IMG/VR virus record: IMGVR_UViG_3300021356_000031
Location: 1 to 50,429 of that record
Direction: 5' to 3' (one strand)
Length of the DNA: 50,429 nucleotides
Origin: a virus
Lineage: Duplodnaviria; Caudoviricetes
Shown here: positions 35,387-43,742 of the stretch, piece after piece
How positions within the stretch are numbered: the stretch's first letter is position 1
How the letters are laid out: every line of letters begins with the position of its first letter
Translations under genes and position numbers: made by a program
The notes under the pieces: generated by a model
The model's database searches: none
The model's input: the letters and a program-made list of their open reading frames with translations, nothing else
What the model was told of the DNA's origin: nothing

Positions 35387-35710
35387 CAGCTAGTCCCTTC
35401 AAAACCTTAAAAGGTTTTGAAGGGACTAGCTGGATCGTAAAAGACCCTTTGGGTCTTTTAAATTTGGGAGTCCTTAGCTCCTCTTAGGAGGAGCTAGATG
35501 GCTGTGAAGACTTGCCAGCTAATTAGTTTTCAAATTCTTGAAAACTAAGAAAAACTTTGAAGTTTAAAGTAAACTTCAAAGACTAAAAAGACTTCTGTTT
35601 ACTTTGTAAACTAGAAGTCTTCAAAGTTTTCTGGAGGTCAAACCTCTAAAGTCTTCTTAGACTTTAGAGTTTTGGGAGGTCGCACTTAAAAGTCTTCAAA
35701 GACTTTTAAG
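35387..35710. repeat. Array of eight consecutive inverted repeats
   Basis: 35387-35432 (22-bp arms), 35438-35460, 35475-35496, 35523-35548, 35555-35581, 35588-35621, 35644-35669, 35685-35710. Confidence 0.92.
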
Positions 35711-35836
35711 AATGCGCGGGAAGGTTAGATAGTATCTGTAGTTTTTCTTAGATCTTTAGAGGGCTGGGCAGGTGGCCACACCCCCCACCTACTATATATA
35801 CTAATTCGTATACATTTTAAGCAAAAAGGAGTGTCA

Positions 35837-35922
35837 ACCAGTTTAGGCGGGTCTTTAAAGTCCTAACTGTACCCCATATGAGCCAAAAGTTGTGTTTACC
35901 AGTTTGGGCGGGTCTTCAAAGT
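35837..35922 (+). repeat. 25-bp imperfect direct repeat, 61-bp period
   Basis: accagtttaggcgggtctttaaagt (35837) and accagtttgggcgggtcttcaaagt (35898). Confidence 0.85.
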
Positions 35923-35972
35923 ACTTTAAAGTGGGAGGTATATATAGATATAGCCCCGGTGGGTCTATGAAT

Positions 35973-36001
35973 ATTATAGAGATTATTTTACGATTTGTCA
36001 A
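35973..36001 (-). promoter_or_regulatory. sigma70 consensus promoter, leftward
   Basis: Minus strand TTGACA-aatcgtaaaataatctc (17 bp)-TATAAT. Confidence 0.9.
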
Positions 36002-36009
36002 GAAAAAAC

Positions 36010-36038
36010 TTGACAAATCTGTAAACTACCTATATAAT
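36010..36038 (+). promoter_or_regulatory. sigma70 consensus promoter, rightward
   Basis: TTGACA-aatctgtaaactaccta (17 bp)-TATAAT. Confidence 0.92.
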
Positions 36039-36044
36039 AAGAGC

Positions 36045-36428
36045 ATGAAAAAAGAATTGACAACAAAACAACAGTCCTTTTTAAACAACTTGGTTGAAAC
36101 AGGAGGTGATCCTAGACTAGCAGCCGAACTAGCTGGCTATGCTCCTAATACTCATTGGCAAGTTACAAAAGCTTTAAAGAATGAGATTATTGATATGGCC
36201 TCTAATATTTTGGCTCAATCTGCACCCAAAGCTGCCATGAAGCTTGTGCAAGTTATGGAATCTGATTCGCCTACACCGCAAGCTAATGTAAAGCTTCAAG
36301 CGGCACAGACTATCTTAGATAGGATAGGTTTAGGTAAAGCAGATAAATTAGATGTGAACCACAAAGTTGAAGGAGGTATTTTTTTACTACCCGCTAAAGA
36401 AGAGGTAGTAATAGATGTTAAGGCGTAG
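36045..36428 (+). CDS. terS: Terminase small subunit (putative)
   Basis: LTTKQQSFL...AAELAGY HTH and AAQTILDRIG; upstream of TerL. Start reassigned to the ATG just after the promoter. Confidence 0.75.
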   Translation: MKKELTTKQQSFLNNLVETGGDPRLAAELAGYAPNTHWQVTKALKNEIIDMASNILAQSAPKAAMKLVQVMESDSPTPQANVKLQAAQTILDRIGLGKADKLDVNHKVEGGIFLLPAKEEVVIDVKA

Positions 36429-36639
36429 ATCTAGTTCTACAATACCTTTTGGATATATACTTTCTGAAGATCCTAAGTTTCTAGAAGAAGTTCCAGAAGA
36501 GTTAGAAGCTCTAGAAAAAGTAAAACCTTTAATAAAAGATAAGACTCTTAGCCTTCGTGAAGGAGCTATGTGGCTAGAACACACTACGGGACGTAGCTTG
36601 AGTCATACAGGATTAAAAAAGATAGTTAATAATGGATGA
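36415..36639 (+). CDS. Small putative DNA-binding protein
   Basis: IPFGY...PEELEAL...SLREGAMWL...GR.LSH.GLKKI resembles the DNA-binding recombinase-domain pattern. Confidence 0.6.
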   Translation: MLRRRSSSTIPFGYILSEDPKFLEEVPEELEALEKVKPLIKDKTLSLREGAMWLEHTTGRSLSHTGLKKIVNNG

Positions 36640-38317
36640 TTGGGAAATAAATCCAGACAGTTACCAAAAAGATTCTAATGGTAATTTTATTTTAAAAATA
36701 GATGGGACACCTAAAAAGAAGGGTGGTAGAACGAAAGGTTCTAAATCTAGAGGGTATAACTACAGCAGGGCTACCCAAAATAAGATAGCAGCGCGGAAAG
36801 CAGTAAGAGCTAAAGAAAAACTTATTGCAAAAGCAGAAGCAAAAATAAAAAATCAAAAGACTTCTTTAAAAACTTCTAAAGCTGCATTAGCTAAAATAGA
36901 AAACAAAGAAAAATCATCAGAAGGTAAGATTTTAACAGCAGATGCTGTCGAAGATCTACCAAAAAAAGTAAAAGAAGAAGCTTTAGAAAATGTTATCTTC
37001 AGACCGAATGATGGGCCGCAGACAGACTTTTTAGCGGCTCCTGAAACGGATGTACTGTATGGCGGCGCAGCAGGGGGTGGTAAGTCCTATGCTATGCTCG
37101 TAGATCCCCTGAGATTCGCTCATAGGGCTGCTCACAGGGCGTTAATACTAAGACGCTCAATGCCTGAACTCAGGGAACTTATAGATAAGTCTAGGGAGTT
37201 ATATCCGAAGGCTTTTCCGGGGTGTAAGTTCAGAGAAGTTGAAAAGATCTGGACATTCCCCAGCGGAGCTAAACTAGAGTTTGGCTTCCTTGAAAGAGAT
37301 GCAGATGTGTACCGCTATCAAGGACAAGCTTATAGTTGGATTGGTTTTGATGAGATTACTCACCTATCAACAGAGTTTTCTTGGAACTACCTAGCATCCC
37401 GACTACGTACTACAGACCCTGAGATTACGCCGTACATGCGTTGTACAGCTAACCCCGGTGGTGCTGGTGCAACATGGGTAAAGAAGCGTTATGTGAATCC
37501 ATCAGAGCCTAATGAGAGCTTCACAGGTCACGATGGATTGACACGACGTTTTATACCAGCCCGTCTAGAAGATAACCCGTATCTTGCAAAAGATGGCAGA
37601 TACGAACAGATGTTAAATGCTTTGCCAGATGTACAGCGTAAGCAACTTCTAGAAGGTAACTGGGACATTACAGAAGGTGCTGCCTTTACAGAGTTTGATG
37701 TAATGGAGCATGTTATAACACCATTTGAAATCCCAGTAGGTTGGGAAAGGGTGAAAGGAATTGACTACGGATACGCTTCTGAATCTGCTTGTGTTTGGGG
37801 TGCTGTTGATCCCAGCGATGGCACATTAATAATTTACAGAGAATTATATCGTAAAGGATTAACAGGCGTCGATTTAGCTCAGTTAATTACTAACATGGAG
37901 CTACAAGATCCTTTTTCAGTTGCTGGTGTCCTTGACACCGCAGCTTGGAACAGAACAGGCACAACAGGCCCTACAGTTGGAGAGACACTTCAGCGAGCAG
38001 GGCATAAGTTACGAAGAGCAGATAAAAATAGAATACAAGGTAAGATACAAATCCACGAATACTTGCGAGTACAGCCTAGTGGCAGACCAAAGCTACAAAT
38101 ATTTAATAGCTGCCCAAACCTAATACGTGAACTCCAAAGTATTCCTCTGGATAAATCTAACCCAGAAGATGTAAATACACATGCGCCTGACCACGCTTAC
38201 GATGCGTTAAGGTATCTTATTATGTCAAGACCTAGAGTTAATGACATATTTAGTCAGTTCAGGAATCTAAGAACACAGCAGGCTTACACACCCGTTGATG
38301 CAGAGTTTGGATATTAA
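36632..38317 (+). CDS. terL: Terminase large subunit with basic N-terminal extension
   Basis: YGGAAGGGKS Walker A, GFDE Walker B, TANPGG, GIDYG, DHAYDALRY. Confidence 0.96.
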   Translation: MDDWEINPDSYQKDSNGNFILKIDGTPKKKGGRTKGSKSRGYNYSRATQNKIAARKAVRAKEKLIAKAEAKIKNQKTSLKTSKAALAKIENKEKSSEGKILTADAVEDLPKKVKEEALENVIFRPNDGPQTDFLAAPETDVLYGGAAGGGKSYAMLVDPLRFAHRAAHRALILRRSMPELRELIDKSRELYPKAFPGCKFREVEKIWTFPSGAKLEFGFLERDADVYRYQGQAYSWIGFDEITHLSTEFSWNYLASRLRTTDPEITPYMRCTANPGGAGATWVKKRYVNPSEPNESFTGHDGLTRRFIPARLEDNPYLAKDGRYEQMLNALPDVQRKQLLEGNWDITEGAAFTEFDVMEHVITPFEIPVGWERVKGIDYGYASESACVWGAVDPSDGTLIIYRELYRKGLTGVDLAQLITNMELQDPFSVAGVLDTAAWNRTGTTGPTVGETLQRAGHKLRRADKNRIQGKIQIHEYLRVQPSGRPKLQIFNSCPNLIRELQSIPLDKSNPEDVNTHAPDHAYDALRYLIMSRPRVNDIFSQFRNLRTQQAYTPVDAEFGY

Positions 38318-38318
38318 T

Positions 38319-38687
38319 ATGAAAAAAAGAACTAAATACAACAATGGTGGATTAAGCACTTCTTTTAGTAAAGGTGTATTTGAACTAGAAGGAAATGTAA
38401 CAGGAAATAAACAACAAAGAACTTCCCAAGGGACAGCTTCTTTAACTGGAGGTGGTTATAAAGCTTCTATAAATAAAGGCTATGATACCCAATCAGGCAA
38501 AAGTCAAAACTATAGTTTAGAAAAACAACTGCCTAATCAATCTTCAGTTGTTTTTAAAAAGAATAAAAATAATACAAGTTTAGACTATCATAAACAAACA
38601 AGCAAAGGTTCAAATATTAAATTCGGACTAAATAGAAATGCTCAAGGCGATTTAGGTATTAGCATGGGTTTTTCTAAACCTATTTAA
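38319..38687 (+). CDS. Beta-strand-rich hypothetical protein
   Basis: MKKRTKYNNGG followed by alternating beta strands, ending GISMGFSKPI. Confidence 0.6.
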   Translation: MKKRTKYNNGGLSTSFSKGVFELEGNVTGNKQQRTSQGTASLTGGGYKASINKGYDTQSGKSQNYSLEKQLPNQSSVVFKKNKNNTSLDYHKQTSKGSNIKFGLNRNAQGDLGISMGFSKPI

Positions 38688-38697
38688 AGGTATATTA

Positions 38698-40851
38698 ATG
38701 GCAGAAACTAATTTAACAGCTAATAACATTTACTTTGAAGATGTACCGAATGAAGACGGTATGCAGCTTACGCTGGAAGAAAACCTGCGTAACAACTTAG
38801 TAGGTCTTATTAATGATCGCTATACTTCTGCTAAGATGTCTCGTGACTTAGATGAGCAGCGATGGCTAACAGCTTACCATAACTATCGTGGTCTTTATGG
38901 CAAAAATGTACGCTTTAGAGAATCTGAAAAATCTAGAGTGTTTGTTAAAGTAACTAAGACTAAAGTTCTTGCAGCCTTTGGTCAACTCGTAGACGTAGTA
39001 TTTGGTGCTAATAAGTTTCCGATTGGAATTACAGAAACTAAAGTACCAGAAGGTGTATCAAAACACGCACACGTTACTCCGGGTGTTGAAACTTCGCAAC
39101 CTGAAGTTCAAGAAGAAACAACAGAAAATCCATATGATGTAGGTTATGAAGGTGACGGGCGTGTTTTAAAGCCCGGAGCTACTTATGGTACGGGTAAGTT
39201 TGAAGAGATAATGCTTGACAAGCAGGCCGAAGAAAAAGACATGCTTGTTGAAGGTTTATCTCCAGACCCTCAAGTTCTTGAATTAAGTCCAGCGCAGAAA
39301 GCTGCAAGACGTATGGAAAAAATAATTCACGATCAGATAGAGGAGTCAAACGGCGCTAGTGAAATTAGAAACGCATTATTTGAATCAGCTTTATTCGGCA
39401 CAGGAATCGTTAAAGGGCCATTCAATTTTAACAAAACCCTCCATCGATGGGCTGAAGGAGAGGACGGTGATCGAACTTACTCTCCTGTTGATGTTAGGGT
39501 GCCTCGCTTGGAGTTTGTTAGCATCTGGGATTTTTTCCCCGACCCCAACGCAACAAATATTAATGAATCAGAGTATGTATTCCATAGACATAGAATGAAT
39601 CGTACTCAGCTTCGTAGTCTTGGTAAGATGCCTTACTTTGACAAAGAAGCTATACGTACATGCCTTCAGATGGGGCCTAACTACGTAGAAGAAGATTATG
39701 AATATGAACTAAAAGATGATAACCGTGGTGATGACTATGGTTCATCTCAGTATGAAGTTCTAGAGTATTGGGGCGTGATGGATGCGGAATACTGTCGCCA
39801 AGTAGGTATGGAAATACCCGAAGATGTAGACGACCTAGACGAAGTTCAAATAAACGCTTGGACTTGCAACGGTCAAATGCTTCGCAGTGTTGTAAATCCA
39901 TTCACCCCCTTCCGTATTCCTTATCATGCGTTTAGCTACGAAAAGAATCCCTATAGCTTTTTTGGTATAGGCGTAGCAGAAAACATGGATGACTCTCAAA
40001 AGATTATGAATGGTCATGCACGTATGGCTATTGATAATCTGGCTCTATCAGGCTCTGTAATCTTTGATGTTGATGAAACTGCCCTTGTAGGCGGTCAGAG
40101 CATGGAGATTTATCCCGGTAAAGTGTTCAGACGGCAAGCAGGTGTGCCCGGAACAGCTATTAATGGCTTAAAGTTTCCAAACACTACTGTAGAAAATATG
40201 CAGATGTTTGATAAATTCCGACAGCTTGCAGACGAGCAAACAGGTATTCCATCTTACAGTCATGGTCAAACAGGCGTACAAAGCATGACACGTACCGCAT
40301 CAGGTATGTCTATGTTGCTGGGTGCAGCTTCATTAAATATTAAAACTGTTATTAAAAATCTTGATGACTTCTTGTTAAAGCCTTTAGGTGAAGCATACTT
40401 CCAATGGAATATGCAGTTTTTAGATTCTAAGTTAGGTGTAGAAGGTGATTTAGAAGTTAAGGCTACAGGAACTAACAGCTTGATGCAGAAGGAAGTACGC
40501 TCTCAAAGGCTTACAATGTTTCTTCAAACAGCGGCTAACCCTGCCGTGGCTCCGTTTATTAAGATGAATAAACTTATTAGTGAACTGGCGTATAGTTTAG
40601 ATCTAGACCCAGATGAACTAATGAATGACCCTGAAGAAGCTGCAATGATGGCTCAGATTATAGGAATGCAAAACAATGTTGGACAAGCAACTGGCGCGGA
40701 AGCTGGCCCCGGTGGTCAAGAACAAGGAGCTATGGGAGCCGCTGAAGGAGTACCTGAACAGCCTCAAGACCTTGGAGCTACAGGTACTGGTGGCGGCAAC
40801 ATCGGAACTGGAGCTGTTCCGCAGCCAAGGGAAGATGAGTTTTCTGGCTAG
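38698..40851 (+). CDS. Portal protein
   Basis: 717 aa after TerL; SRVFVKVTKTKV, FGTGIVKGP, DFFPDP, RTASGMSML. Confidence 0.9.
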   Translation: MAETNLTANNIYFEDVPNEDGMQLTLEENLRNNLVGLINDRYTSAKMSRDLDEQRWLTAYHNYRGLYGKNVRFRESEKSRVFVKVTKTKVLAAFGQLVDVVFGANKFPIGITETKVPEGVSKHAHVTPGVETSQPEVQEETTENPYDVGYEGDGRVLKPGATYGTGKFEEIMLDKQAEEKDMLVEGLSPDPQVLELSPAQKAARRMEKIIHDQIEESNGASEIRNALFESALFGTGIVKGPFNFNKTLHRWAEGEDGDRTYSPVDVRVPRLEFVSIWDFFPDPNATNINESEYVFHRHRMNRTQLRSLGKMPYFDKEAIRTCLQMGPNYVEEDYEYELKDDNRGDDYGSSQYEVLEYWGVMDAEYCRQVGMEIPEDVDDLDEVQINAWTCNGQMLRSVVNPFTPFRIPYHAFSYEKNPYSFFGIGVAENMDDSQKIMNGHARMAIDNLALSGSVIFDVDETALVGGQSMEIYPGKVFRRQAGVPGTAINGLKFPNTTVENMQMFDKFRQLADEQTGIPSYSHGQTGVQSMTRTASGMSMLLGAASLNIKTVIKNLDDFLLKPLGEAYFQWNMQFLDSKLGVEGDLEVKATGTNSLMQKEVRSQRLTMFLQTAANPAVAPFIKMNKLISELAYSLDLDPDELMNDPEEAAMMAQIIGMQNNVGQATGAEAGPGGQEQGAMGAAEGVPEQPQDLGATGTGGGNIGTGAVPQPREDEFSG

Positions 40852-40909
40852 ATTAGAAACATTACCTTCTCAAGTAGACGAAGCACTTAATAGGAAAGAA
40901 TATGACTAA
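40676..40909 (+). CDS. Small helical protein overlapping the portal C-terminus
   Basis: 77 aa with ELFRSQGK..L..L motif; AGGA SD; its stop overlaps the next gene start. Confidence 0.65.
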   Translation: MLDKQLARKLAPVVKNKELWEPLKEYLNSLKTLELQVLVAATSELELFRSQGKMSFLARLETLPSQVDEALNRKEYD

Positions 40910-41528
40910 ACAAAAACTTACAGACCTAACAGGCGATGGTAAAATAACTCAGGCAGATGTTTTAAAAGGTCGTGGAGTTTTTAATGAAGGAGGCTCTATG
41001 ATGATACCTCCTGAAGGTGTGCCAGTGGATACTTATCCAAATATACCAGAAGACGAAATGGATGAAGCAATGGCATCACAACTTCCAGATAATGAAATGG
41101 AAGATAACTACATTGAATATGTGATGGATGAGTCACTCAATGACGAAGAACAAGATTATTTAGCAGAAGTATTACAAGGAGATCCAAGGTTGTCAGACAT
41201 CTTGGACAAAGTAATTACTACTGCTTCAGAATTTTCGGGTGCTGGAGAAGTCGAAGGCCCCGGAACTGGTGTATCAGATTCTATCCCCGCTCGTTTGAGT
41301 GATGGAGAGTTTGTATTTACCAGAAAAGCAACCGACCAGATTGGTGCAGACAATCTCCAACGAATGATGGACGATGCTGAACGTGCCTATGATGGCGGTT
41401 TACAACGTGAAGACATGGCTATTGGTGGCATGGCACAAGATGAAGAAGAACTTTCTCCATTAAGTAAAACCGATGAGGAAATTAAAAAGCTCATGATGGG
41501 TGCCAACAAAATGCCTAGTCTTCGTTAA
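40902..41528 (+). CDS. Acidic head-associated protein with GPGTGxSDSIPARLSDGEFV domain
   Basis: 208 aa between portal and scaffold; N-terminal DLTGDGKITQADV EF-hand-like loop; two GG tags. Confidence 0.7.
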   Translation: MTKQKLTDLTGDGKITQADVLKGRGVFNEGGSMMIPPEGVPVDTYPNIPEDEMDEAMASQLPDNEMEDNYIEYVMDESLNDEEQDYLAEVLQGDPRLSDILDKVITTASEFSGAGEVEGPGTGVSDSIPARLSDGEFVFTRKATDQIGADNLQRMMDDAERAYDGGLQREDMAIGGMAQDEEELSPLSKTDEEIKKLMMGANKMPSLR

Positions 41529-41534
41529 TTTTAC

Positions 41535-41767
41535 GGCTACCTTGGTAAGACAAGCCCCATAAACTCGACGGAGTTAATATGGCTACCTTGCAAGACACAA
41601 GCCCCGTGAAGGAGATTGAGAATGTCAGAAGTACAACAAGAGGAAACACCTAATCCATATAACGCTAGAAAGTCTTGGCACACGCCAGATAAACCCAGTA
41701 TGGGAAATGCAGATGGATTATTTTTTGAACCTCAACAAGAGCAGGCTACCCTTGATGAAGAGGCCCC
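41535..41767 (+). promoter_or_regulatory. Three copies of a GGCTAC-stem-loop-CCCC motif around the scaffold gene start
   Basis: Copies at 41535-41558, 41581-41605 and 41744-41767. Confidence 0.65.
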
Positions 41768-42458
41768 TGATCAACAAGAGGAACAACCTCGTAAAAGAAC
41801 TAACTATAAAAAGCGATACGATGATCTAAAGCGTCATTATGATCAAAAGCTTGGAGAGTTTAAACAAAAGGAGCAAGAGCTTCTTGCAATGGCTCAACAG
41901 GCACAGCCTCGCTATGAACCGCCTAAATCTGAAGAAGAGATAGAAAGTTTTAAGCAGGAGTATCCTGATCTTTACAATACTGTTGAATCTGTAGCACATA
42001 TGCAGAGTCAACGGCAGGTAGCAGAACTTGAAGCACAACTACAGTCTATGCGTCAGCGTGAGGCTGAAGTAATGCGTCGAGAGGCTGAAGCTACTTTACA
42101 ACAGCGTCATCCAGACTTTGATGAAATCAGAGGGGATGAGCAGTTTCATGAGTGGGCAAAGCAGCAACCTGAGCAAATTCAGGATTGGGTTTATAACAAC
42201 CCTGATAATGTTGCTTTGGCATCAAAAGCTATTGATCTTTATAAGTTAGAAACTGGCAAGACTCAAACTAAACAACAGTCCAGAAAAAAACCTCAAGGTT
42301 CAGCAGCAGATATGGTATCAACTAAAACAACTAACGTAGATGCTGGTCAACCTAAGATTTGGACTGAACGGGAAATCGCTGCTATGTCCCTAGATCAGTT
42401 TGATAAGCACGAAGCTGACATCAAACAAGCAATGATAGAGGGTCGTGTAGTAGCATAA
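41622..42458 (+). CDS. Capsid scaffolding protein
   Basis: Directly upstream of the MCP; Q/E-rich coiled coil, YKKRYDDLKRH, HPDF, C-terminal EGRV. Confidence 0.85.
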   Translation: MSEVQQEETPNPYNARKSWHTPDKPSMGNADGLFFEPQQEQATLDEEAPDQQEEQPRKRTNYKKRYDDLKRHYDQKLGEFKQKEQELLAMAQQAQPRYEPPKSEEEIESFKQEYPDLYNTVESVAHMQSQRQVAELEAQLQSMRQREAEVMRREAEATLQQRHPDFDEIRGDEQFHEWAKQQPEQIQDWVYNNPDNVALASKAIDLYKLETGKTQTKQQSRKKPQGSAADMVSTKTTNVDAGQPKIWTEREIAAMSLDQFDKHEADIKQAMIEGRVVA

Positions 42459-42485
42459 TTAACTTTGTGTTAGGAGTATATTAAC

Positions 42486-43475
42486 ATGGCTAATAACGTA
42501 TCAGATCAATTTTTTGAGCCGTCAACCGATACAGATGCAAACTTTGCGAATTCCGTATCAGGTCAGGCGAATTCATTTTTCTTACCTAAAGTTTATTCCA
42601 AGCAGGTATTAAACTTTTTCCGTAAGGCTTCTGTAGTTGAAGCAATCACCAACACCGACTATGCAGGTGAAATTGCACAGTTTGGTGATAGTGTACGCAT
42701 CATTAAAGAGCCTGAAATTACTGTTTATCAGTATGAGCGTGGTCAAGACGTAACGCAGACCAAGCTGACCGACCAAGAAATTTCCTTGGTTGTTGACATT
42801 GCAAACGCATTTAAGTTCATCGTAGATGACATTGAAACCAATATGTCTCACGTTAACTTCCGTGACGTTGCTACGTCTTCAGCGGCTTATTCTTTGCGTG
42901 ATGCTTTTGACTCAGGTGTACTGGCAACGATGTTTGCTGGTGTATCTAGCTCTAGCCCCGACCATATTCTTGGTTCTGATAGCGCAACTGACCTTGCTGC
43001 TGGTACTTTTGACGGTACTGGTAACTTGGACATTGGTTTTGCTTCAGGTGAGCATGATCCTATCGACGTAATGGCTCGTATGGCTCGTTTGCTTGATGAG
43101 CAAAACATTCCTGAAGAAGGACGATGGTTTGTAGCTAGTCCTGAGTTCTATGAAGTACTTGGACAAGCAAGCTCTAAGCTACTGTCTGTAGACTTCAACG
43201 CAGGTCAAGGTTCCATCCGTAATGGTTTGGTAAGCTCTGGCAAGCTGCGTGGATTCGATATGTACAAGTCAAACAACATTGCTGCAACGTCTAACGCTGC
43301 TGGCAAGTGCTTGGCGGGTCACATTTCTTCTACGGCTACTGCTCAAACTATTACCAGCACTGAAGTGATCCGTGATCCTTCTAGCTTTGGTGATATTGTT
43401 CGTGGTCTACACGTTTACGGTGCTAAGGTACTGCGACCAGAAGCTCTGGTTTCAGCTTTCTACGGTATCGACTAA
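42486..43475 (+). CDS. Major capsid protein
   Basis: FLPKVYSKQVL, NTDYAGEI..GDSVRI, GDIVRGLHVYGAKVLRPE; AGGAG SD; terminator follows. Confidence 0.93.
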   Translation: MANNVSDQFFEPSTDTDANFANSVSGQANSFFLPKVYSKQVLNFFRKASVVEAITNTDYAGEIAQFGDSVRIIKEPEITVYQYERGQDVTQTKLTDQEISLVVDIANAFKFIVDDIETNMSHVNFRDVATSSAAYSLRDAFDSGVLATMFAGVSSSSPDHILGSDSATDLAAGTFDGTGNLDIGFASGEHDPIDVMARMARLLDEQNIPEEGRWFVASPEFYEVLGQASSKLLSVDFNAGQGSIRNGLVSSGKLRGFDMYKSNNIAATSNAAGKCLAGHISSTATAQTITSTEVIRDPSSFGDIVRGLHVYGAKVLRPEALVSAFYGID

Positions 43476-43486
43476 TAGACCGTTAT

Positions 43487-43517
43487 GGGAGGGCTGCTTC
43501 GGTGGCCCTCTCTTTTT
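43487..43517 (+). terminator. Intrinsic terminator after the MCP gene
   Basis: GGGAGGGCTGC-TTCG-GTGGCCCTCTC-TTTTT. Confidence 0.9.
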
Positions 43518-43532
43518 ATTGGAGATTTTTAA

Positions 43533-43742
43533 ATGCCTCAAATCGGTTCAGATGCAAAACCAATGATGTTTCGTAAAACTCTTGTAAGTAAAGAAAGCCG
43601 TTTCCGAAAAGGAATGAATCTTTCTCAGTACAAAGATAATTATGATCGTATTTTTAACAAGTCTTCGGATACTACGGAGTATGCTACAGAACTTGAGGCA
43701 GCTAGAGAAAAAAGTAAAACTTTTTCAATGGAGCAAGACTAA
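43533..43742 (+). CDS. Hypothetical protein
   Basis: 69 aa, GGAG SD, YKDNYDRIF motif. Confidence 0.7.
   Translation: MPQIGSDAKPMMFRKTLVSKESRFRKGMNLSQYKDNYDRIFNKSSDTTEYATELEAAREKSKTFSMEQD

Noticed and set aside
33160-35710. Hairpins and palindromes as a CRISPR array
   Set aside because: No identical repeats with regular unique spacers, and no cas operon; the PD-(D/E)xK gene sits in the replication module.
35892-36044. N-terminal 51 aa of the 178-aa ORF in the track
   Set aside because: It spans the two promoters; the TerS-like sequence begins at ATG 36045.
36415-36639. Integrase or serine recombinase
   Set aside because: Only 74 aa and lacks a catalytic domain; no evidence of lysogeny.
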